Assembly (NCBI GenBank): GCA_028284265.1
Contig: JANQRZ010000006.1
Coordinates: 207,610-271,609, forward strand
Reading direction: 5' to 3'
DNA: 64,000 nt
DNA from: Rhodothermales bacterium
GTDB taxonomy: Bacteria > Bacteroidota > Rhodothermia > Rhodothermales > JANQRZ01
The notes below the pieces were generated by a model. It did not search any database, was not told the DNA's origin, and saw only the letters and a list, made by a program, of their open reading frames with translations. Below are positions 54,969 to 64,000 of the stretch, piece after piece. Within the stretch, counting starts at the first letter, position 1. Every line of letters starts with the position of its first letter. The translations under genes were made by a program, and so were the position numbers.

Positions 54969-57338
54969 CTACTCGTTGCGAAGCGATTGGACTGGGTCAG
55001 CCGAGGCCGCGCGGTAGGCCTGCACGCCGACGGTCAGCGCAGCGAGCAGGAGCGCGACAGCCCCCGCGAGGATGAATGGCCATGCCCCGAGGTCGGCGCG
55101 GAAGGTGAAGTCGGAGAGCCAATGCTCGGCCCCGAAGTAGGCGAGGGGTAGGGCGACGACGCACGCCACGAGCACGAGCGCTACGAACTCCAGCGAGAGC
55201 AAGCCGACGAGGTTCGCGACCGTCGCACCGAGCACCTTGCGGACACCAACTTCCTTGCGCCGCCGCTCGGCCGCATAGGCGGCGAGGCCGAACAGCCCGA
55301 GGCACGCGATGAACGCCGCCACCGCCGCGAAGACGCTAGCGAGGGTCCCGATGCGCTGCTCGCTCTTGTACATCTCACCGTAGGTGTAGTCGAGGAACTC
55401 GTAGTCGAACGGGACGCCGGGGCTGAACCTGGCGAAGCTCTCTCGGAGCGCAGCGAGGGCCTCTTCCGTCTGGCCCGGCGCGGTCCGCACCGTGAGCAGC
55501 CAGAGATTGCTCAGGTCTTGGTCCAACAGCAGGATCGTCGGCTCGATGGGATCATAGAGCGAGGCCATGTGGAAATCCTTCACGACGCCGACGATCTGAC
55601 CATCACGCCCCCACATCGACAGGCCCTCGCCGATGGGCGTCTCCATTCCCATCACGCGCGCCGCTGCCTCGTTGACGACGAAGTTGGCCGAGTCTGCGCT
55701 GAAATCAGGAGAGAACGCGCGGCCCGCCGCCATCTCCATCCGCATCGTCTCGGGAAAGTCATAGTGGGTCTGGATGACGTGGAAGAGCGGCTTGCTCTCG
55801 GGGTCCTTGCCGTCCCACTCGGGGTCCGTCGTGGAAGAGCCGATGCTGAAGGGTGTGTTGTTGACCACTGACACGTTGAGGATGCTGGGCTGCGCGAGAA
55901 GCTCGCGGCGGAAGGCGTCGTACTGCCCGTGTGCCCCGCCTTCGAGCCGCATCGAAACCACATTCTCTCGGTCGAGGCCTAGGTTCTTGGTCTGGATGAA
56001 GTGGATCTGCTGGTATACGACGAACGTGCCCACGATCAGCAGGATCGACGCGGCGAACTGGAAGACGACGAGGCCTTTGCGGAGGAGCGCGCTGCCATGC
56101 GGGACATCGCCACCGCGCAGCACGCCCGCCGGGTCGAAGCCCGAGAGCACGAGCGCCGGATAGCTTCCTGCCAGCAGGCCCGCCCCGACGGACAGAGCGA
56201 GAAACAGCCCCCACATCCCGGCGCCGACCGAGCCGAGCGTGATCTCTTTGCCTGCTACCTCGCTGAAGAGCGGGAGTAGCACGACCACCACCGTCATGGC
56301 GAGGGCGAACGCGCCGAGCGCCGTCAGCACGGCCTCGCTCAGAAACTGCCCGACAAGCTTCCCGCGCGACGCGCCGAGTGTCTTTCGCACCCCGATCTCT
56401 CGCGCCCGCTGCGCCGACCGGGCGGTCGCGAGGTTCGTGAAGTTGATGCACGCGATCAGGAACAGGAAGAGCGCGACCACGCCGAAAATGCGGACGTACT
56501 CGATCCGTCCGCCCGCTTGCTGCCCGTCCTCGAACTGATTGTAGAGGTGCTGGTCGCCGAAGGGCTGGAGGAAGAGTGTGTTGCCCTCGCCGAACTCGAA
56601 GTTGTCCACGATCAGGTTCTCGATCTTGGCATCCACTGCCTCAGGATCCGCCCCCGGCGTGAGGCGAATGGTGAGCAGCATCGAGCTGTTGCCCCAGTGG
56701 TCGAGCCATGTGTTGCGCTCGTAGTGGTCCCGGCTCGGAAGCACCCAGTCGAACTGAAGCGAGGAATAGCTCGGTACCTCAGCCGCGATGGCTGTAACCT
56801 GAAAGTCGCGCCGGTCGTCCACGCGGACGGTCTCGCCGACCACGTCTTCGAACGGGCGGTCCGGGAAGAAGACGCCCGTGAGCCGCTCGGAGAGCACGAT
56901 ACCGTCAGGCTGGTCGAGGGCCGTCGCTGGATCGCCGACGACGAGTGGGAACGAGAAGATCTCGAAGAACGCGCTGTCGGCCCAGAGACCCTCCTCGCGG
57001 AGCGATACGGCCTCGTGCGAGAGCACCGCCTCCTGCGGCCACGTCATCCGCTCGGCATGCTCCACCTCGGGGAACTCGGCTTCGAGTACGTCCGCGACGG
57101 GTTTGGTGATGGCTGCCCCCGTGAGGATGGGTGCCTCGGAAAAGGCCATGTGCCGCTTGACTGCGTAGAGACGGTCCCCGTCAGCGTGGAAGCGGTCCTG
57201 CCGCATTTCGTCTTGCATCCAGAGCAGGATGAAGAAGGCACACGCCAGTCCGACGGCGAGGCCGAGGACGTTGAGCGCCGTATACCCTTTCTGGCGGCGG
57301 AAGAAACGGAGGGCGGTCGTGAGATAGCTCGTCAACAT
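54969..57338 (-). CDS. duplicated FtsX/MacB-type ABC permease (paralogue 9)
   Basis: 789 aa. N-terminus MLTSYLTTALRFFRRQKGYTALNVLGLAVGLACA, two FtsX modules, C-terminus ADPVQSLRNE. Confidence 0.9.
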   Translation of the reverse strand: MLTSYLTTALRFFRRQKGYTALNVLGLAVGLACAFFILLWMQDEMRQDRFHADGDRLYAVKRHMAFSEAPILTGAAITKPVADVLEAEFPEVEHAERMTWPQEAVLSHEAVSLREEGLWADSAFFEIFSFPLVVGDPATALDQPDGIVLSERLTGVFFPDRPFEDVVGETVRVDDRRDFQVTAIAAEVPSYSSLQFDWVLPSRDHYERNTWLDHWGNSSMLLTIRLTPGADPEAVDAKIENLIVDNFEFGEGNTLFLQPFGDQHLYNQFEDGQQAGGRIEYVRIFGVVALFLFLIACINFTNLATARSAQRAREIGVRKTLGASRGKLVGQFLSEAVLTALGAFALAMTVVVVLLPLFSEVAGKEITLGSVGAGMWGLFLALSVGAGLLAGSYPALVLSGFDPAGVLRGGDVPHGSALLRKGLVVFQFAASILLIVGTFVVYQQIHFIQTKNLGLDRENVVSMRLEGGAHGQYDAFRRELLAQPSILNVSVVNNTPFSIGSSTTDPEWDGKDPESKPLFHVIQTHYDFPETMRMEMAAGRAFSPDFSADSANFVVNEAAARVMGMETPIGEGLSMWGRDGQIVGVVKDFHMASLYDPIEPTILLLDQDLSNLWLLTVRTAPGQTEEALAALRESFARFSPGVPFDYEFLDYTYGEMYKSEQRIGTLASVFAAVAAFIACLGLFGLAAYAAERRRKEVGVRKVLGATVANLVGLLSLEFVALVLVACVVALPLAYFGAEHWLSDFTFRADLGAWPFILAGAVALLLAALTVGVQAYRAASADPVQSLRNE

Positions 57339-57347
57339 AGCAGGAGA

Positions 57348-59762
57348 TTATTCGGAGCGGAGGGCATGGACGGGGTCAGCGGTCGCGGCGCGCAGGGTCT
57401 GCGTGCTGACTGTGACGAGCGCAACGGTGAGGGCGACGACGCCTGCTATCAGAAACGGTGTTAGCCCGAGGTCGATGCGGTAGGCGAAGGTGCTTAGCCA
57501 TCGCTCGGCGGCGAGGTAGGCCACCGGCGCAGCAATCACGACGGCGACGAGGACGGGTCGGGCGAAGTCCCACGCGAGCAGGCCGACGATCTGGCGGACA
57601 CTCGCCCCAAGAACTTTGCGCACACCGATCTCTTTGCGTCGCTGCTGTGCCGCAAACGCGCTCAAACCGAGCAACCCGAGGCACGCGATCAGAATGGCGA
57701 GCGCCGTGAAGTACCCGAAGGCCTGCGCCATCTGAGCCTCCTGCCGGTACAGGGTCTCAAACTCCGAATCGAGAAACGAGGGCGAGAACGGCGTACCGCT
57801 GGAGAACTGGTTCCACGCTTGCTCCAGATCGGCCAGCCCGACTTCGAGCGTGCCGGGGCGGACACGGGCGAGCAAGTAGTCGTAGGGGAAGTCCGGGTCT
57901 TCCGGTAGTCGGATTACCAGCGGAAGGATCGGGTTGCGGAACGATTCGAGGTGGAAATCCTTCACGATGCCGACCACATCGTTTCGTTCGATCACAGCCT
58001 CGCTGGAGGGGCCAGGATTCAGAGAGACCTCGTCGAAGGCTGCCTCGTCCACGTTCGCAAACCCGGCCATCCGTGCCGCTGTCTCATTGATAAGAAACGC
58101 TGCCGAGTCAGTAGGCAGAGTGGGGTCGAAGCCGCGTCCCTCGGCGATCTCCATGCCGAGGGTAGGCAGGAGGTTGAAGTCTGAGAGGTACAACTGAACG
58201 TGAATGGCTTCCTCGCTCGACCGACCGGCAGGCACGTACACGTTGTCTGAGGAGCCTCTGCCCGCTGGATACTGATCGGTGAGCGTAGCGTGCGCGATGT
58301 TGGAGCTTTGGAGGACGGCTGCTTTGAACGATCGCTGTTGAGCACGGATGCCAGCGTCGGGGCGGAGCGGTAGGACAACGACTTGCTCCCGGTCGAATCC
58401 GAGTTTCTCTTGATGCGCGTACCGTAATTGCTCTTGCAACACGAGCGCACCCGTCACGAGGATCACCGACAGCGCGAACTGTGTGATGACCAACCCACGC
58501 CGCAAGGCCAGTCCGGAGCTACTTCGACTGAATCGCCCGCGTAGCACGCGCGACGGATCGTAGCCCGAGAGCACGTAGGCCGGATATGCCCCGGCTAGGA
58601 GTGTCACGAGGGGTGTCACCAGCCCAAGCGCACCGAGCGCACTGAGCGTGTCAGCCAGACCAATCTCAAGTCCCGTCAGGTTGTTGAACACGGGCAGAAG
58701 CAGGCCACCCAGTATGATGGCGATGAGCAGCGCGAGGCCGCTCAGAAGCGCCGTCTCAGCGAGGAACTGTCCGATGAGTTGCCTTCGCTCTGCACCCAGC
58801 GCCTTGCGCACCCCGACCTCCCGCGCCCGGTCCAGCGCCCGCGCTGTCGCGAGGTTGATGAAGTTGATGCTGGCGATCAGCAGTACAACGAGCGCAACGA
58901 TGCCGAAGACGATGACGTAGAGGATATCCCCGTTTACCCCCAGCTCGCCTGTGAGTCGCGAGTGCAGGTGGATGTTCGTGACAGGCTGAAGCTGGATCGC
59001 CATTGACGCCCCGAACTGCTCCAGCGCATCGCCCGCATCGGTCTCAGCCCGTGCGGCGAGGCGGTGCTCGACGGCTTCCGGCTGTGCCTCGGGGCGAAGC
59101 CGGAGGTAGGTGGCATAGCTAATGTTGGAGAGCCAAGCCTGCGCCCCAGTACGCTCCTCGCTCTCGTAGAGATTTCGCCTCCCGAGTACGTCGTACTGAA
59201 GGTGTGACGCCTCAGGCACATCGAGCACGACGCCCACGACCTCCGCCTCGGTCTCGCGCTCGCCCAACCGGACGATCTGCCCCACGGCCTCGCCGTCACC
59301 GAAGTAGCGCTGGGCGGTGCTTTCCGTCAGCACGACTTGGTCGGGTGCCGTGAGTGTACCGCCCGCCACGAACTCGACGCCGAACACATCGAAGAAGGTA
59401 TCGTCGGTGTAGAAGAACCGCTCGCCAATGAAAACCTCTTCACCAATATGAATAACAGGGTCCGCCTCATTGAGCCGCGTTACATGCTCTACGTCCGGGT
59501 CACTCTCGCCCAGCACAGTCGAGACAATCGGACTGGCCCGGGCGAAGTGGGTTAGCTCGTCTGGCATGCCGACCTCCGTCGTCACCCGATAGATGCGGTC
59601 GGCTTTGGGATAGTGGCGGTCGTAGGCCGTTTCGTGCTGGACATAGAGCGTGATGAGGAATGCGCACGCCAGACCTACTGCGAGTCCGATGACGTTGATG
59701 GCGGTATAGCCCTTCTGGCGATAGAAGGCGCGGAGGGCGGTCTTGAAATAGCTCGACAGCAT
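57348..59762 (-). CDS. duplicated FtsX/MacB-type ABC permease (paralogue 10)
   Basis: 804 aa. N-terminus MLSSYFKTALRAFYRQKGYTAINVIGLAVGLACA, two FtsX modules, C-terminus ADPVHALRSE. Confidence 0.9.
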   Translation of the reverse strand: MLSSYFKTALRAFYRQKGYTAINVIGLAVGLACAFLITLYVQHETAYDRHYPKADRIYRVTTEVGMPDELTHFARASPIVSTVLGESDPDVEHVTRLNEADPVIHIGEEVFIGERFFYTDDTFFDVFGVEFVAGGTLTAPDQVVLTESTAQRYFGDGEAVGQIVRLGERETEAEVVGVVLDVPEASHLQYDVLGRRNLYESEERTGAQAWLSNISYATYLRLRPEAQPEAVEHRLAARAETDAGDALEQFGASMAIQLQPVTNIHLHSRLTGELGVNGDILYVIVFGIVALVVLLIASINFINLATARALDRAREVGVRKALGAERRQLIGQFLAETALLSGLALLIAIILGGLLLPVFNNLTGLEIGLADTLSALGALGLVTPLVTLLAGAYPAYVLSGYDPSRVLRGRFSRSSSGLALRRGLVITQFALSVILVTGALVLQEQLRYAHQEKLGFDREQVVVLPLRPDAGIRAQQRSFKAAVLQSSNIAHATLTDQYPAGRGSSDNVYVPAGRSSEEAIHVQLYLSDFNLLPTLGMEIAEGRGFDPTLPTDSAAFLINETAARMAGFANVDEAAFDEVSLNPGPSSEAVIERNDVVGIVKDFHLESFRNPILPLVIRLPEDPDFPYDYLLARVRPGTLEVGLADLEQAWNQFSSGTPFSPSFLDSEFETLYRQEAQMAQAFGYFTALAILIACLGLLGLSAFAAQQRRKEIGVRKVLGASVRQIVGLLAWDFARPVLVAVVIAAPVAYLAAERWLSTFAYRIDLGLTPFLIAGVVALTVALVTVSTQTLRAATADPVHALRSE

Positions 59763-59771
59763 GGCGGTGTT

Positions 59772-62153
59772 TTATTCGTAGCGAAGCGACTTAACGGGGT
59801 CAGCGGTGGCAGCGCGGAGGGCTTGCGAACTGACCGTCACGAGCGCGATCACGAGGGCGATGGCTCCGGCGAGGACGAAGACGCCCGGTCCGAGTCCGAT
59901 CCGGTACGCGAAGCTCTCTAGCCAGCGCCCCATCCCGAGCCACGCCAGCGGCACCGCGATCACGAACCCCACCAATACGAGGCGGGCAAACTCTTTGGCA
60001 AGGAGGGTCACGATCTGCCCGGTACTCGCGCCGAGGACTTTCCGCACGCCGATCTCCTTGCGTCGCCGCTCGGCGGCGTAGGCTGCGAGGCCGAACAGCC
60101 CGAGGCACGCGATGAAGATGGCAACGCCCGCGAAAAATCCGAACAGCTTGCCGAGCCGCGCCTCGGCCCGGTAGAGCCGGTCGAAGTCTTCGTCGAGGAA
60201 GCGGTAGTCGAAGGCGTAGCCCGGCGCGAAGGTCTCCCATGTGGTGCGAACGTGCTCCAGCGTCGCCGGGAGGTCGGCAGGAGCCACGCGCATCGCAGCA
60301 TAGCCGAACCACGGGATGTAGTTGAGCACGAGCGGCTGGACCTCTTGGTGCAGCGACTGGAAGTGGAAGTCCTCAACCACGCCGATGATCTGGCCCATCG
60401 GTCGGTCCCACGCCCGGAACGGTGCGCCGATGGCCTCCTCCGGCGTCAGGCCGAGCACCGCCAGCGCGGTCTCGTTGAGGATGTACGTGTCGAGGGTGTC
60501 CGTGGCAATCTCGTCCGAAAACCCTCGTCCGGCGACAAGGTCGATCCCGAACACGTCGAGGTAGCCGGGACCGGCAGGGGCGGTGGCGAAGCTCTCGCCG
60601 CGCTCGTCCTCGCCCGCTTGGCCAGGCCAGTTGTAGCCCCGGCTCGTCCCGACGCGGCCCGGAAGGCCTCCCGCTTTTGCAAGGTGCAGGATGCTGGGGT
60701 CAGACTGAAGCTCCTGCGCGAACGGCTCGAAGCTCTCCCAGATCGGCGTCGGCGGACGGACGAAGAGGACTTGCTCTTTCTCGAAGCCGAGGTCGCGGCT
60801 CTGCATGAACCGGAGTTGGTCGTAAATCGTCAGCGTGGCGACGAGGAGGAACGCCGAGATCGCAAACTGGAAGACGATCAGGCCCTTCCGCAGCCAGAGT
60901 GCGCCGCCGCGCTGGTCGGTTTCACCCTTGAGCACCCTCGCTGGGCGGAACGCCGAGAGGTAGAGCGCCGGATAGCTCCCCGCCACCAGCCCCGCACCCA
61001 GCCCGATCCCGACGAGCAGCAGCACGGTCCAGACCTGCCCCAAGTCGAAGCTCGCGGTGGCCCCGATGGCTTCATTGAAGAACGGCAGCGCGAGGAGCGC
61101 TAGGCCGATGCCCACGGCAATCGCCAGCCCACTCAGCAGCACCGACTCGCCGAGGAACTGCCCCATGAGTTGCCTCCGGTAGGCTCCGACGGCTTTGCGG
61201 ACGCCGACCTCGCGGGCGCGCTGCGAGGCCCGCGCTGTGGCGAGGTTCATAAAGTTGACGCACGCGATCAGCAGGATCAGCAGGCCGATGGCCCCGAACG
61301 TCCAGAGGTACGTCGTGTCGCGGTGGCGGCCCGAGTCGAAGGTCAGCGATGTGTTGAAGTAGATGTCCGAGAGCGGCTGAAGCGCGAGCGTATACGCCAT
61401 AGCAGCCTCGCTCTCCGGATCGTCGAAGCCCTCCTGCCGCGCCAGGATTGACATCTTCTCGGTGAGGGCCTCGCGGTCCGTACCAGGATGCAGCAGGAGG
61501 TAGGTATTGAAGTTGTAGTTCGTGAAGTTGGTCAGCGCACCCTCGCCCATGATGGCCTCGATCAGCAGGAAGGAGCTGACAGCGCTGAAGGTGAACTGTG
61601 CGTTCGCGGGTACGTCCGCCATCACGCCGGTCACCGTCAGCGTGTGCTCATCATACTGGAGTGTTTGCCCGACTGGGTTGACATCGCCGAAGAATGCCTC
61701 AGCGATGCTCTCGGTGAGGACGAGGTCGTACTTCCCGTCGAGCACCGTCGCGGGGTCGCCTTGGAGGAGGTCGAACGAGAACGTCTGGAAGAAGCCCGAG
61801 TCGGCGAGGGCGAGGCCGTCGAGCTTGCGGACCGTCCCGTCGGGCAAGCGGAGGAACGGACTGCGGTGGTTCTCCAAGCGGACTGCCTGCTCGACCTCGG
61901 GGAAGGCCTCCTTGATCATCGGGGCGAAGCCTGCCGCCGAGTTCGCGTAGTGCCCGTCCGCATTCATGTAGGTGAGCCGGACGATTCGGTCGCCGCGCTC
62001 GTGGAAGCGGTCGAAGCTGCGCTCGTGCTGGATGAAAAGCACGATCAGGAAGCAGCACGCCAGCCCGAGGCCGAGGCCGCCGACGTTGATGAGCGAAAAG
62101 CCGGGTCGCTTGCGGAGCGTGCGGAGGGCGACCTTGAGGTAGTTGGCGAACAT
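59772..62153 (-). CDS. duplicated FtsX/MacB-type ABC permease (paralogue 11)
   Basis: Start trimmed to MFANYLKVALRTLRKRPGFSLINVGGLGLGLACC (ATG at 62153). C-terminus ADPVKSLRYE. Confidence 0.9.
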   Translation of the reverse strand: MFANYLKVALRTLRKRPGFSLINVGGLGLGLACCFLIVLFIQHERSFDRFHERGDRIVRLTYMNADGHYANSAAGFAPMIKEAFPEVEQAVRLENHRSPFLRLPDGTVRKLDGLALADSGFFQTFSFDLLQGDPATVLDGKYDLVLTESIAEAFFGDVNPVGQTLQYDEHTLTVTGVMADVPANAQFTFSAVSSFLLIEAIMGEGALTNFTNYNFNTYLLLHPGTDREALTEKMSILARQEGFDDPESEAAMAYTLALQPLSDIYFNTSLTFDSGRHRDTTYLWTFGAIGLLILLIACVNFMNLATARASQRAREVGVRKAVGAYRRQLMGQFLGESVLLSGLAIAVGIGLALLALPFFNEAIGATASFDLGQVWTVLLLVGIGLGAGLVAGSYPALYLSAFRPARVLKGETDQRGGALWLRKGLIVFQFAISAFLLVATLTIYDQLRFMQSRDLGFEKEQVLFVRPPTPIWESFEPFAQELQSDPSILHLAKAGGLPGRVGTSRGYNWPGQAGEDERGESFATAPAGPGYLDVFGIDLVAGRGFSDEIATDTLDTYILNETALAVLGLTPEEAIGAPFRAWDRPMGQIIGVVEDFHFQSLHQEVQPLVLNYIPWFGYAAMRVAPADLPATLEHVRTTWETFAPGYAFDYRFLDEDFDRLYRAEARLGKLFGFFAGVAIFIACLGLFGLAAYAAERRRKEIGVRKVLGASTGQIVTLLAKEFARLVLVGFVIAVPLAWLGMGRWLESFAYRIGLGPGVFVLAGAIALVIALVTVSSQALRAATADPVKSLRYE

Positions 62154-62186
62154 GGCGGATAGGCAGGACAGTGATGCCTGTCCGAT

Positions 62187-62202
62187 CACAAGCCATATGC
62201 CA
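62187..62202 (-). promoter_or_regulatory. sigma54-type -24/-12 promoter (copy 3, GT instead of GC at -12)
   Basis: Minus strand reads TGGCATATGGCTTGTG. Lies 34 nt upstream of the ATG at 62153. Confidence 0.6.
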
Positions 62203-62266
62203 GCCCCGACCTACCCCTTCGTAGGGTAGGCTAGAGGCCATCGTGTCCGACGAATCCACGGATCAG

Positions 62267-62303
62267 TGTGCGCTGGCGCACACCCGCTGGGCGCTGACGC
62301 GCA
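62267..62303 (-). promoter_or_regulatory. tandem palindromic upstream sites (copy 3)
   Basis: Site A tgtgcgctggcgcaca (62267..62282) is a perfect palindrome. Site B is tgggcgctgacgcgca (62288..62303). Centres are 21 bp apart. Site A is 74 bp from the -24 GG. The module ends 12 nt from the preceding stop codon. Confidence 0.6.
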
Positions 62304-62315
62304 GCCCGTGCGCTG

Positions 62316-64000
62316 CTACTCGTACCGGAGCGCCTTGACCGGGTCCGTGGTGGCCGCACGGAACGCCTGACCGGCCACAGTGAGGAGGGCGAATACCAAG
62401 GCTCCGACCGCCACAGCGAAGAACAGCCCAAGACCCGGCTCGGTGCGGTAGACGAACCCGTCGAGCCATCGCTGCATGACGAGCCATGCTATCGGGATGG
62501 CTAGGGCTGAAGCCAAGGCGACGAGCGCGAGGAAGTCTCGCGAGAGGAGGGCTACGAGGCCGAGCACGCTCGCACCGAGTGTCTTTCGGATGCCGACCTC
62601 CTTGGTCCGCCGCTCCGCCGCATAGGTCGCCAGCCCGAACAGGCCGAGGCAGGCGATCAGGAGACCGAAGACCGCGAAGGCTCCGAGGATCGTGCCGGTC
62701 CGCTGCTCCGACCGGTAGCGTGCGTCGAGGTCGTCGTTGAGGAAGGCAGCCTCGAACGCGCGCTCCGGCTGGACCTCGGCGTAGGCCTCGCCGAGCGCAG
62801 TCATGGTTTCGGCAGCGTTGCCGGGACGCACTTTGGCGAAGGCATAGCGCGCCGCCGATATGCTCGGGTTTCCATCGGCGTCAGGAAAGACGTCAGGGCT
62901 AAACAGGGCTGGGGCGATCTCGTACTGGAACGACGCGGCGTGAAAATCCTGCACCACGCCAACGATGCGCCCCCGGTGGTCCATGTAGGTGTTGCCGTTC
63001 TCATAGTAGAACATGCGCATCTCTTGCCCGAGGGCCTCCTCAGGCGTCCACCCTTGTGCCTCCACGAACGACTCGTTCACTACGAGCGCGCGCCCGTCGA
63101 AGGCTGAGTTGCCGAAGTTCTCCTCGCGGTCCACCGCCACGCCGATGTCGGCGGGCGCATCGGTGAATATCCGCCCTGCCACGAGGTCCACGCCGAAGAG
63201 GTCGAAGTATCCGGTGCCCACCAGTTGGTGGCTGGTCCGCCCGGCGTCGTCATTGAGGCGCTCGATGGGCGTGTAGGGTGGACGCTCGACGTTCGGAGTA
63301 CTACCGAACCCGAAGCCCGGTGCCCGCTGTGCGGTGGTGACGGCTACCACGCTCGGCTCTTGGCGGAGGCGTTCGGCGAGCACGTCGGGGTCGGCCTCCT
63401 TTCGCTGGATCACGACGACGTGGTCCTCCTCGAACCCAAGGTCGGCTTGCTGGAGGAACTGAAGCTGCTGCCACGCAATGGCAGTCGCGGCGACGAGGGC
63501 TACGGAGAGGGTGAACTGGAAGAGGACGAGGCCTTGGCGGAGCCGAGTCGCCTCGCGTCCGCCGCTACGCCCACCGGCGAGGACGTGCGCCGGACGGAAA
63601 CGTGAGAGGTAGAGCGCCGGATAGCTCCCCGCCAGTAGCCCTGTTCCGATCGCCGCCGCAAGCACCCACGCCCACAGGCCGCCGTCGCCCAGCCGGAAGG
63701 CGAGGTCGCGCCCGGCCAACTCGGCAAAGAAGGGGAGGAGTCCTACCGCTACCAAGACGGCCACGACGAGCGCGAGCAGGCTGAGGAGGAGCGATTCGCC
63801 GAAGAACTGCCCGACGAGTTGCCCACGCCGCGCGCCGAGCGTCTTCCGCACGCCGACTTCCCGCACCCGCTCCGTAGCCCGTGCCGTAGCGAGGTTCATG
63901 AAGTTGACGCACGCCAGCAGCAGCACAAAGAGCGCAACGAGGCCGAAGACCGCAACCGTTGTGGCGCTGCCGCCGGGCTGCCATTCGCCGCCGAGGCTGG
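62316..64000 (-). CDS. duplicated FtsX/MacB-type ABC permease (paralogue 12); 5' end beyond the window
   Basis: The frame stays open from 63926 to nt 64000 (…EWQPGGSATTVAVFGLVALFVLLLACVNFMNLATARATERVREVGVRKTLGA…). The ORF-track Met at 63926 is an internal GTG. C-terminus TDPVKALRYE. Confidence 0.9.
   Translation of the reverse strand, partial: SLGGEWQPGGSATTVAVFGLVALFVLLLACVNFMNLATARATERVREVGVRKTLGARRGQLVGQFFGESLLLSLLALVVAVLVAVGLLPFFAELAGRDLAFRLGDGGLWAWVLAAAIGTGLLAGSYPALYLSRFRPAHVLAGGRSGGREATRLRQGLVLFQFTLSVALVAATAIAWQQLQFLQQADLGFEEDHVVVIQRKEADPDVLAERLRQEPSVVAVTTAQRAPGFGFGSTPNVERPPYTPIERLNDDAGRTSHQLVGTGYFDLFGVDLVAGRIFTDAPADIGVAVDREENFGNSAFDGRALVVNESFVEAQGWTPEEALGQEMRMFYYENGNTYMDHRGRIVGVVQDFHAASFQYEIAPALFSPDVFPDADGNPSISAARYAFAKVRPGNAAETMTALGEAYAEVQPERAFEAAFLNDDLDARYRSEQRTGTILGAFAVFGLLIACLGLFGLATYAAERRTKEVGIRKTLGASVLGLVALLSRDFLALVALASALAIPIAWLVMQRWLDGFVYRTEPGLGLFFAVAVGALVFALLTVAGQAFRAATTDPVKALRYE

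Noticed and set aside
14774-64000. Regular ~2.4-kb recurrence of similar sequence, considered as a possible tandem DNA repeat, CRISPR-like array or assembly artefact
   Set aside because: The recurring units are full-length, diverged protein-coding paralogues. Similarity is concentrated in the FtsX loops and termini at the protein level. There are no short direct repeats with spacers, and no CRISPR features.
13204-64000. Mobile-element or genomic-island origin of the accessory region
   Set aside because: No transposase, integrase, tRNA attachment site, phage gene or flanking direct repeat was seen, and composition looks uniform with the housekeeping part by eye.

Overview
High-GC chromosomal segment with almost all genes on the minus strand. 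It is probably from a Bacteroidota/Rhodothermota-type organism; this is an inference from a T9SS-type C-terminal sorting signature, and GC content was not computed. Everything below was read by eye from the sequence and the ORF track; no searches were run.

The left ~13 kb is housekeeping: a T9SS cargo gene truncated by the window edge and missing from the ORF track, sdhC-sdhD-sdhA-sdhB, citrate synthase, an RNase E/G homologue, an MBL hydrolase and aroQ.

From ~13.2 kb to the right edge is an accessory region dominated by 12 paralogous genes of ~790-810 aa. They encode duplicated-FtsX (MacB-type) ABC permeases, all on the minus strand and packed 2-9 nt apart. Only one matching MacB/LolD-type ATPase gene is present (13204..13896).

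Main observation: a regulatory module is reiterated five times in front of these operons.
- It contains a 16-mer that fits the sigma54 -24/-12 consensus with exact GG-N10-GC spacing (TGGCATATGGCTTGCG and close variants).
- Upstream of it lie two tandem 16-bp palindromes (TGTGCGC-N2-GCGCACA type, i.e. TGT-N10-ACA) whose centres are 21 bp apart.
- The proximal palindrome sits 63 bp or 74-75 bp from the -24 GG, a difference of about one helical turn.
- No AAA+ enhancer-binding protein gene lies in the window.

The modules abut the stop codon of the preceding gene, so the region reads as chained sigma54 units. Three units contain permease triads. One is a mixed operon: beta-lactamase-fold protein, secreted protein with four repeats of an unknown ~120-aa module, 90-aa protein, permease, DUF4097 protein, ATPase.

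Other notable items:
- an ABC-2 permease fused to an M1 aminopeptidase, with its own ATPase
- an RNase G-like enzyme with a ~380-aa charged, low-complexity insertion inside the S1 domain
- a 690-bp non-coding spacer between gltA and the RNase gene
- a 121-bp nested inverted-repeat element downstream of sdhB

No rRNA, tRNA, CRISPR array, transposase or integrase was recognised.
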